DNA from: Auanema rhodensis | Taxonomy: Eukaryota; Animalia; Nematoda | Assembly (NCBI GenBank): GCA_964057225.1 | Contig: OZ059897.1 | Location: forward strand, 17,112,001-17,176,000 | Direction: 5' to 3' | DNA: 64,000 nt | In this document: positions 52,601-64,000 of the stretch, one piece after another | Numbering within the stretch: position 1 is the stretch's first letter | Layout of the letters: each line of letters begins with the position of its first letter | Translations under genes and position numbers: made by a program | Notes under the pieces: model-generated | Databases searched by the model: none | Told to the model about the DNA's origin: nothing | Seen by the model: the letters and a program-made list of their open reading frames with translations, nothing else

Positions 52601-55600
52601 CCAAGTACACATCACGTGTACATTTAATTAGCATAAATTGAAGTTCACGTGAATTTCAAAGTCATGGTTACCATGCACCAATATGAATAAGAATTTGTTT
52701 TTAGACTAATGTGGACATGGGGAATCTAATTTTGAAAACCGCATCTCTTCATCTTTCACGGGAAGTGAGTTACATACCAAGTACACATCACGTGTACATT
52801 TAATTAGCATAAATTGAAGTTCACGTGAATTTCAAAGTCATGGTTACCATGCACCAATATGAATAAGAATTTGTTTTTAGACTAATGTGGACATGGGGAA
52901 TCTAATTTTGAAAACCGCATCTCTTCATCTTTCAAGGGAAGCGAGTTACATACCAAGTACACATCACGTGTACATTTAATTAGCATAAATTGAAGTTCAC
53001 GTGAATTTCAAAGTCATGGTTACCATGCACCAATATGAATAAGAATTTGTTTTTAGACTAATGTGGACATGGGGAATCTAATTTTGAAAACCGCATCTCT
53101 TCATCTTTCACGGGAAGCGAGTTACATACCAAGTACACATCACGTGTACATTTAATTAGCATAAATTGAAGTTCACGTGAATTTCAAAGTCATGGTTACC
53201 ATGCACCAATATGAATAAGAATTTGTTTTTAGACTAATGTGGATATGGGGAATCTAATTTTGAAAACCGCATCTCTTCATCTTTCAAGGGAAGCGAGTTA
53301 CATACCAAGTACACATCACGTGTACATTTAATTAGCATAAATTGAAGTTCACGTGAATTTCAAAGTCATGGTTACCATGCACCAATATCGATAAAAATTT
53401 GTTTTTAGACTAATATGGATATGGGGAATCTAATTTTGAAAACCGCATCTTTTCATCTTTCACGGGAAGCGAGATACATACCAAGTGCACACCGCGTGTA
53501 CATTTAATTAGCATAAATTAAAGTTCACGTAAATTTAAAATCATGGTTACCATGCACTAATATCAATGAAAATTTGGTTTTAGACTAATATGGATATGGG
53601 GAATCTAATTTTGAAAACCGCATCTCTTTATCTTTCACGTGAAGCGAGTTACATACCAAGTGCACATCACGTGTACATTTAATTAGCATAAATTGAAGTT
53701 CACGTAAATATCAAAGTCATGGTTACCATGCACCAATATCGATAAAAATTTGTTTTTAGACTAATATGGATATGGGGAATCTAATTTTGAAAACCGCATC
53801 TTTTCATCTTTCACGGGAAGCGAGTTACATACCGAGTGCACATCGCGTGTACATTTAATTAGCATAAATTAAAGTTCACGTAAAATTCAAAGTCATGGTT
53901 ACCATGCATCAATATCAATAAAATATTGTTTTTAGACTAATATGGACTCGGGGAATCTAATTTTGAAAACCGCATCTCTTTATCTTTCACGGGAAGCGAG
54001 TTTCATACCAAGTGCACATCACGTGTACATTTTATTAGCATAAATTGAAGTTCACGTAAATATCAAAGTCATGGTTACCATGCATCAATATCAATAAAAT
54101 ATTGTTTTTAGACTAATATGGATATGGGGAATCTAATTTTGAGAACCGCATCTTTTCATCTTTCACGGGAAGCGAGTTACATACCGAGTGCACATCGCGT
54201 GTACATTTAATTAGCATAAATTAAAGTTCACGTAAATTTCAAAGTCATGGTTACCATGCATCAATATCAATAAAATATTGTTTTTAGACTAATATGGACT
54301 CGGGGAATCTAAGTTTGAAAACCGCATCTCTTTATCTTTCACGGGAAGCGAGTTTCATACCAAGTGCACATCACGTGTACATTTTATTAGCATAAATTGA
54401 AGTTCACGTAAATATCAAAGTCATGGTTACCATGCATCAATATCAATAAAATATTGTTTTTAGACTAATATGGACTTGAGGAATCTAATTTTGAAAACCG
54501 CATCTTTTCATCTTTCACGGGAAGCGAGTTACATACCGAGTGCACATCGCGTGTACATTTAATTAGCATAAATTAAAGTTCACGTAAATTTCAAAGTCAT
54601 GGTTACCATGCATCAATATCAATAAAATATTGTTTTTAGACTAATATGGACTTGAGGAATCTAATTTTGAAAACCGCATCTTTTCATCTTTCACGGGAAG
54701 CGAGTTACATACCAAGTACACATCACGTGTACATTTAATTAGCATAAATTAAAGTTCACGTAAATTTCGAAGTCATGGTTACCATGCACTAATATCAATG
54801 AAAATTTGGTTTTAGACTAATATGGATATGGGGAATCTAATTTTGAAAACCGCATCTTTTCATCTTTCACGGGAAGCGAGTTACATACCAAGTACACATC
54901 ACGTGTACATTTAATTAGCATAAATTAAAGTTCACGTAAATTTCAAAGTCATGGTTACCATGCACCAATATCAATGAAAATTTGTTTTTAGACTAATATG
55001 GACATGGGGAATCTAATTTTAAAAACCGCATCTCTTTATCTTTCACGGGAAGCGAGTTTCATACAAGTGCACATCACGTGTACATTTAATTAGCATAAAT
55101 TGAAGTTCACGTAAATTTCAAAGTCATGGTTACCATGCACCAATATGAATAAGAATTTGTTTTTAGACTAATATGGACATGGGGAATCTAATTTTGAAAA
55201 CCGCATCTCTTTATCTTTCACGGGAAGCGAGTTACATACCGAGTGCACATCACGTGTACATTTAATTAGCATAAATTAAAGTTCACGTAAATTTCAAAGT
55301 CATGGTTACCATGCACCAATATCAATAAAAATTTGTCTTCAGACTAATATAGACATGGGGAATCTAATTTTGAAAACCGCATCTCTTTATCTTTCACGGG
55401 AAGCGAGTTTCATACCAAGTGCACATCACGTGTACATTTAATTAGCATAAATTAAAGTTCACGTAAATTTCGAAGTCATGGTTACCATGCACCAATATCA
55501 ATAAAAATTTCTTTTTAGACTAATATGGACTTGGGGAATCTAATTTTGAAAACCGCATCTCTTTATCTTTCACGGGAAGCGAGTTTCATACCAAGTGCAC

Positions 55601-58600
55601 ATCACGTGTACATTTAATTAGCATAAATTAAAGTTCACGTAAATTTCGAAGTCATGGTTACCATGCACCAATATCAATAAAAATTTGTTATTAGACTAAT
55701 ATGAACATGGTGAATCTAATTTTGAAAACCGCATCTCTTTATCTTTCACGGGGAGCGAGTTTCATACCAAGTGCACATCACGTGTACATTTAATTAGCAT
55801 AAATTAAAGTTCACGTAAATTTCAAAGTCATGGTTACCATGCACCAATATCAATGAAAATTTGTTTTTAGACTAATATGAACATGGTGAATCTAATTTTG
55901 AAAACCGTATCTCTTTATCTTTCACGGGAAGCGAGTTACATACCAAGTACACAACACGTGTACATTTAATTAGCATAAATGAAAGTTCACGTAAATTTGA
56001 AAGTCATGGTTACCATGCACCAATATCAATAAAAATTTGTATTCAGACTAATATGGACATGGGGAATCTAATTTTCAAAACCGCATCTCTTTATCTTTCA
56101 CGGGAAGCGAGTTTCATACAAGTGCACATCACGTGTACATTTAATTAGCATAAATTGAAGTTCACGTAAATTTCAAAGTCATGGTTACCATGCACCAATA
56201 TGAATAAGAATTTGTTTTTAGACTAATATGGACATGGGGAATCTAATTTTGAAAACCGCATCTCTTCATCTTTCACGGGAAGCGAGTTACATACCGAGTG
56301 CACATCACGTGTACATTTAATTAGCATAAATTAAAGTTCACGTAAATTTCAAAGTCATGGTTACCATGCATCAATATCAATAAAAATTTGTTTTCAGACT
56401 AATATGGACATGGGGAATCTAATTTTGAAAACCGCATCTCTTTATCTTTCACGGGAAGCGAGTTACATACCGAGTGCACATCACGTGTACATTTAATTAG
56501 CATAAATTAAAGTTCACGTAAATTTCAAAGTCATGGTTACCATGCATCAATATCAATGAAAATTTGTTTTTAGACTAATATGGACTTGGGGAATCTAATT
56601 TTGAAAACCGCCTCTCTTTATCTTTCACGGGAAGCGAGTTTCATACCAAGTGCACATCACGTGTACATTTAATTAGCATAAATTAAAGTTCACGTAAATT
56701 TCAAAATCATGGTTACCATGCATCAATATCAATAAAAATTTGTTTTCAGACTAATATGGACATGGGGAATCTAATTCTGAAAACCGCATCTCTTCATCTT
56801 TCACGGGAAGCGAGTTACATACCAAGTACACATCGCGTGTACATTTAATTAGCATAAATTGAAGTTCACGTGAATTTCAAAGTCATGGTTACCATGCACC
56901 AATATGAATAAGAATTTGTTTTTAGACTAATGTGGGCATGGGGAATCTAATTTTGAAAACCGCATCTCTTTATCTTTCACGGGAAGCGAGATACATACCA
57001 AGTGCACATCGCGTGTACATTTAATTAGCATAAATTGAAGTTCACGTAAATTTCAAAGTCATGGTTGCCATGCACCAATATGAATAAGAATTTGTTTTTA
57101 GACTAATATGGACATGGGGAATCTAATTTTGAAAACCGCATCTCTTTATCTTTCACGGGAAGCGAGTTACATACCGAGTGCACATCACGTGTACATTTAA
57201 TTAGCATAAATTAAAGTTCACGTAAATTTCAAAGTCATGGTTACCATGCATCAATATCAATAAAATATTGTTTTTAGACTAATATGGACTTGGGGAATCT
57301 AATTTTGGAAACCGCATCTCTTCATCTTTCACGGGAAGCGAGTTACATACCAAGTACACATCGCGTGTACATTTAATTAGCATAAATTGAAGTTCACGTG
57401 AATTTCAAAGTCATGGTTACCATGCACCAATATGAATAAGAATTTGTTTTTAGACTAATGTGGACATGGGGAATCTAATTTTGAAAACCGCATCTCTTTA
57501 TCTTTCACGGGAAGCGAGATACATACCAAGTGCACATCGCGTGTACATTTAATTAGCATAAATTAAAGTTCACGTAAATTTCAAAGTCATGGTTACCATG
57601 CACCAATACGAATAAGAATTTGTTTTTAGACTAATGTGGACATGGGGAATCTAATTTTGAAAACGGCATCTCTTTATCTTTCACGGGAAGCGAGATACAT
57701 ACCAAGTGCACATCGCGTGTACATTTAATTAGCATAAATTAAAGTTCACGTAAATTTCAAAGTCATGGTTACCATGCACCAATACGAATAAGAATTTGTT
57801 TTTAGACTAATGTGGACATGGGGAATCTAATTTTGAAAACCGCATCTCTTTATCTTTCACGGGAAGCGAGTTACATACCGAGTGCACATCACGTGTACAT
57901 TTAATTAGCATAAATTAAAGTTCACGTAAATTTCAAAGTCATGGTTACCATGCATCAATATCAATAAAATATTGTTTTTAGACTAATATGGACTTGGGGA
58001 ATCTAATTTTGAAAACCGCATCTCTTTATCTTTCACGGGAAGCGAGTTTCATACCAAGTGCACATCGCGTGTACATTTAATTAGCATAAATTGAAGTTCA
58101 CGTGAATTTCAAAGTCATGGTTACCATGCACCAATATGAATAAGAATTTGTTTTTAGACTAATGTGGACATGGGGAATCTAATTTTGAAAACCGCATCTC
58201 TTTATCTTTCATGGGAAGCGAGATACATACCGAGTGCACATCGCGTGTACATTTAATTAGCATAAATTGAAGTTCACGTGAATTTCAAAGTCATGGTTAC
58301 CATGCACCAATATGAATAAGAATTTGTTTTTAGACTAATGTGGACATGGGGAATCTAATTTTGAAAACCGCATCTCTTTATCTTTCACGGGAAGCGAGAT
58401 ACATACCAAGTGCACACCGCGTGTACATTTAATTAGCATAAATTAAAGTTCACGTAAATTTCAAAGTCATGGTTGCCATGCACCAATATCAATAAAAATT
58501 TGGTTTTAGACTAATATGGATATGGGGAATCTAATTTTGAAAACCGCATCTCTTTATCTTTCACGGGAAGCGAGTTTCATACCAAGTGCACATCACGTGT

Positions 58601-61600
58601 ACATTTAATTAGCATAAATTAAAGTTCACGTAAATTTCAAAGTCATGGTTACCATGCACCAATATCAATAAAATATTGTTTTTAGACTAATATGGACTTG
58701 GGGAATCTAATTTTGAAAACCGCATCTCTTTATCTTTCACGGGAAGCGAGTTTCATACCAAGTGCACATCACATGTACATTTAATTAGCATAAATTAAAG
58801 TTCACGTAAATTTCGAAGTCATGGTTACCATGCACTAATATCAATGAAAATTTGGTTTTAGACTAATATGGATATGGGGAATCTAATTTTGAAAACCGCA
58901 TCTCTTTATCTTTCACGTGAAGCGAGTTACATACCAAGTGCACATCACGTGTACATTTAATTAGCATAAATTGAAGTTCACGTAAATATCAAAGTCATGG
59001 TTACCATGCACCAATATCAATAAAAATTTGTTTTTAGACTAATATGGACATGGGGAATCTAATTTTGAAAACCGCATCTTTTCATCTTTCACGGGAAGCG
59101 AGTTACATACCGAGTGCACATCGCGTGTACATTTAATTAGCATAAATTAAAGTTCACGTAAATTTCAAAGTCATGGTTACCATGCATCAATATCAATAAA
59201 ATATTGTTTTTAGACTAATATGGACTTGGGGAATCTAATTTTGAAAACCGCATCTTTTCATCTTTCACGGGAAGCGAGTTACATACCAAGTACACATCAC
59301 GTGTACATTTAATTAGCATAAATTAAAGTTCACGTAAATTTCGAAGTCATGGTTGCCATGCACCAATATGAATAAGAATTTGTTTTTAGACTAATATGGA
59401 CATGGGGAATCTAATTTTGAAAACCGCATCTCTTTATCTTTCACGGGAAGCGAGATACATACCAAGTGCACATCGCGTGTACATTTAATTAGCATAAATT
59501 AAAGTTCACGTAAATTTCAAAGTCATGGTTGCCATGCACCAATATGAATAAGAATTTGTTTTTAGACTAATATGGACATGGGGAATCTAATTTTCAAAAC
59601 CGCATCTCTTTATCTTTCACGGGAAGCGAGTTTCATACAAGTGCACATCACGTGTACATTTAATTAGCATAAATTGAAGTTCACGTAAATTTCAAAGTCA
59701 TGGTTACCATGCACCAATATGAATAAGAATTTGTTTTTAGACTAATATGGACATGGGGAATCTAATTTTGAAAACCGCATCTCTTCATCTTTCACGGGAA
59801 GCGAGTTACATACCGAGTGCACATCACGTGTACATTTAATTAGCATAAATTAAAGTTCACGTAAATTTCAAAGTCATGGTTACCATGCATCAATATCAAT
59901 AAAAATTTGTTTTCAGACTAATATGGACATGGGGAATCTAATTTTGAAAACCGCATCTCTTCATCTTTCACGGGAAGCGAGTTACATACCAAGTACACAT
60001 CGCGTGTACATTTAATTAGCATAAATTGAAGTTCACGTGAATTTCGAAGTCATGGTTACCATGCACCAATATCAATAAAAATTTCTTTTTAGACTAATAT
60101 GGACTTGGGGAATCTAATTTTGAAAACCGCATCTCTTTATCTTTCACGGGAAGCGAGTTTCATACCAAATGCACATCACGTGTACATTTAATTAGCATAA
60201 ATCAAAGTTCACGTAAATTTCGAAGTCATGGTTACCATGCACCAATATCAATAAAAATTTGTTTTTAGACTAATATGAACATGGTGAATCTAATTTTGAA
60301 AACCGCATCTCTTTATCCTTCACGGGGAGCGAGTTTCATACCAAGTGCACATCACGTGTACATTTAATTAGCATAAATTGAAGTTCACGTAAATTTAAAA
60401 TCATGGTTACCATGCACCAATATCAATAAAAATTTGTTTTTAGACTAATATGGACTTGGGGAATCTAATTTTGAAAACCGCATCTCTTTATCTTTCACGG
60501 GAAGCGAGTTTCATACCAAGTGCACATCACATGTACATTTAATTAGCATAAATTAAAGTTCACGTAAATTTCGAAGTCATGGTTACCATGCACTAATATC
60601 AATGAAAATTTGGTTTTAGACTAATATGGATATGGGGAATCTAATTTTGAAAACCGCATCTCTTTATCTTTCACGTGAAGCGAGTTACATACCAAGTGCA
60701 CATCACGTGTACATTTAATTAGCATAAATTGAAGTTCACGTAAATATCAAAGTCATGGTTACCATGCACCAATATCAATAAAAATTTGTTTTTAGACTAA
60801 TATGGACATGGGGAATCTAATTTTGAAAACCGCATCTTTTCATCTTTCACGGGAAGCGAGTTACATACCGAGTGCACATCGCGTGTACATTTAATTAGCA
60901 TAAATTAAAGTTCACGTAAATTTCAAAGTCATGGTTACCATGCATCAATATCAATAAAATATTGTTTTTAGACTAATATGGACTTGGGGAATCTAATTTT
61001 GAAAACCGCATCTTTTCATCTTTCACGGGAAGCGAGTTACATACCAAGTACACATCACGTGTACATTTAATTAGCATAAATTAAAGTTCACGTAAATTTC
61101 GAAGTCATGGTTGCCATGCACCAATATGAATAAGAATTTGTTTTTAGACTAATATGGACATGGGGAATCTAATTTTGAAAACCGCATCTCTTTATCTTTC
61201 ACGGGAAGCGAGATACATACCAAGTGCACATCGCGTGTACATTTAATTAGCATAAATTAAAGTTCACGTAAATTTCAAAGTCATGGTTGCCATGCACCAA
61301 TATGAATAAGAATTTGTTTTTAGACTAATATGGACATGGGGAATCTAATTTTCAAAACCGCATCTCTTTATCTTTCACGGGAAGCGAGTTTCATACAAGT
61401 GCACATCACGTGTACATTTAATTAGCATAAATTGAAGTTCACGTAAATTTCAAAGTCATGGTTACCATGCACCAATATGAATAAGAATTTGTTTTTAGAC
61501 TAATATGGACATGGGGAATCTAATTTTGAAAACCGCATCTCTTCATCTTTCACGGGAAGCGAGTTACATACCGAGTGCACATCACGTGTACATTTAATTA

Positions 61601-64000
61601 GCATAAATTAAAGTTCACGTAAATTTCAAAGTCATGGTTACCATGCATCAATATCAATAAAAATTTGTTTTCAGACTAATATGGACATGGGGAATCTAAT
61701 TTTGAAAACCGCATCTCTTCATCTTTCACGGGAAGCGAGTTACATACCAAGTACACATCGCGTGTACATTTAATTAGCATAAATTGAAGTTCACGTGAAT
61801 TTCGAAGTCATGGTTACCATGCACCAATATCAATAAAAATTTCTTTTTAGACTAATATGGACTTGGGGAATCTAATTTTGAAAACCGCATCTCTTTATCT
61901 TTCACGGGAAGCGAGTTTCATACCAAGTGCACATCACGTGTACATTTAATTAGCATAAATTAAAGTTCACGTAAATTTCGAAGTCATGGTTACCATGCAC
62001 CAATATCAATAAAAATTTGTTTTTAGACTAATATGAACATGGTGAATCTAATTTTGAAAACCGCATCTCTTTATCCTTCACGGGGAGCGAGTTTCATACC
62101 AAGTGCACATCACGTGTACATTTAATTAGCATAAATTAAAGTTCACGTAAATTTCAAAGTCATGGTTACCATGCACCAATATCAATGAAAATTTGTTTTT
62201 AGACTAATATGAACATGGTGAATCTAATTTTGAAAACCGTATCTCTTTATCTTTCACGGGAAGCGAGTTACATACCAAGTACACATCACGTGTACATTTA
62301 ATTAGCATAAATGAAAGTTCACGTAAATTTGAAAGTCATGGTTACCATGCACCAATATCAATAAAAATTTGTATTCAGACTAATATGGACATGGGGAATC
62401 TAATTTTCAAAACCGCATCTCTTTATCTTTCACGGGAAGCGAGTTTCATACAAGTGCACATCACGTGTACATTTAATTAGCATAAATTGAAGTTCACGTA
62501 AATTTCAAAGTCATGGTTACCATGCACCAATATGAATAAGAATTTGTTTTTAGACTAATATGGACATGGGGAATCTAATTTTGAAAACCGCATCTTTTCA
62601 TCTTTCACGGGAAGCGAGTTACATACCGAGTGCACATCACGTGTACATTTAATTAGCATAAATTAAAGTTCACGTAAATTTCAAAGTCATGGTTACCATG
62701 CATCAATATCAATAAAAATTTGTTTTCAGACTAATATGGACATGGGGAATCTAATTTTGAAAACCGCATCTCTTTATCTTTCACGGGAAGCGAGTTACAT
62801 ACCGAGTGCACATCACGTGTACATTTAATTAGCATAAATTAAAGTTCACGTAAATTTCAAAGTCATGGTTACCATGCATCAATATCAATGAAAATTTGTT
62901 TTTAGACTAATATGGACTTGGGGAATCTAATTTTGAAAACCGCCTCTCTTTATCTTTCACGGGAAGCGAGTTTCATACCAAGTGCACATCACGTGTACAT
63001 TTAATTAGCATAAATTAAAGTTCACGTAAATTTCAAAATCATGGTTACCATGCATCAATATCAATAAAAATTTGTTTTCAGACTAATATGGACATGGGGA
63101 ATCTAATTTTGAAAACCGCATCTCTTCATCTTTCACGGGAAGCGAGTTACATACCAAGTACACATCGCGTGTACATTTAATTAGCATAAATTGAAGTTCA
63201 CGTGAATTTCAAAGTCATGGTTACCATGCACCAATATGAATAAGAATTTGTTTTTAGACTAATGTGGGCATGGGGAATCTAATTTTGAAAACCGCATCTC
63301 TTTATCTTTCACGGGAAGCGAGATACATACCAAGTGCACATCGCGTGTACATTTAATTAGCATAAATTGAAGTTCACGTAAATTTCAAAGTCATGGTTGC
63401 CATGCACCAATATGAATAAGAATTTGTTTTTAGACTAATATGGACATGGGGAATCTAATTTTGAAAACCGCATCTCTTTATCTTTCACGGGAAGCGAGTT
63501 ACATACCGAGTGCACATCACGTGTACATTTAATTAGCATAAATTAAAGTTCACGTAAATTTCGAAGTCATGGTTACCATGCATCAATATCAATAAAATAT
63601 TGTTTTTAGACTAATATGGACTTGGGGAATCTAATTTTGAAAACCGCATCTCTTCATCTTTCACGGGAAGCGAGTTACATACCAAGTACACATCGCGTGT
63701 ACATTTAATTAGCATAAATTGAAGTTCACGTGAATTTCAAAGTCATGGTTACCATGCACCAATATGAATAAGAATTTGTTTTTAGACTAATGTGGACATG
63801 GGGAATCTAATTTTGAAAACCGCATCTCTTTATCTTTCACGGGAAGCGAGATACATACCAAGTGCACATCGCGTGTACATTTAATTAGCATAAATTAAAG
63901 TTCACGTAAATTTCAAAGTCATGGTTACCATGCACCAATACGAATAAGAATTTGTTTTTAGACTAATGTGGACATGGGGAATCTAATTTTGAAAACGGCA
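43660..64000 (+). repeat. 176-bp tandem satellite DNA array, ~115 monomers, running off the window end
   Basis: CATAAATT recurs at 43661, 43837 and 44013 (period 176, with occasional 175-bp variants). Monomers differ at a limited set of recurring positions; no ORFs of 60 aa or more in the track. Confidence 0.99.

Noticed and set aside
43660-64000. CRISPR-like or coding interpretation of the tandem array
   Set aside because: No unique spacers, 176-bp head-to-tail monomers, eukaryotic context and no long ORFs; it is satellite DNA.
1-64000. tRNA, rRNA or telomeric (TTAGGC)n arrays
   Set aside because: None recognised by eye; small ncRNAs cannot be excluded without a covariance-model search.

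Overview
AT-rich, gene-dense eukaryotic DNA with ~40-55 nt introns and TTT(C/T)AG acceptors a few bases upstream of ATGs (trans-splice-like), most consistent with a rhabditid (clade V) nematode. Bases 1-43,000 hold about 14 spliced genes: a USP19-like deubiquitinase with a MYND finger, a CRAL-TRIO/GOLD gene, zyxin (zyx-1) with an overlapping 165-aa alternative-frame gene (azyx-1-like), a SWT1-like PIN nuclease, a head-to-head inverted pair of tandem-SAM genes, fzr-1, hlh-6, an SLC35E1-like transporter, a long coiled-coil gene with a nested antisense BRI3-like gene, an unknown gene and a Cys-rich surface protein. From ~43,660 to the window end is an uninterrupted 176-bp satellite (~115 copies) with block duplications. 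About 480 bp before the satellite is a 27-bp degenerate palindrome centred on GGC-TGA-GCC that resembles the Sequence For Elimination (SFE) of nematode programmed DNA elimination, so the window may span a germline/soma chromosome break site. Gene models were spliced by eye; coordinates are start-to-stop spans including introns.
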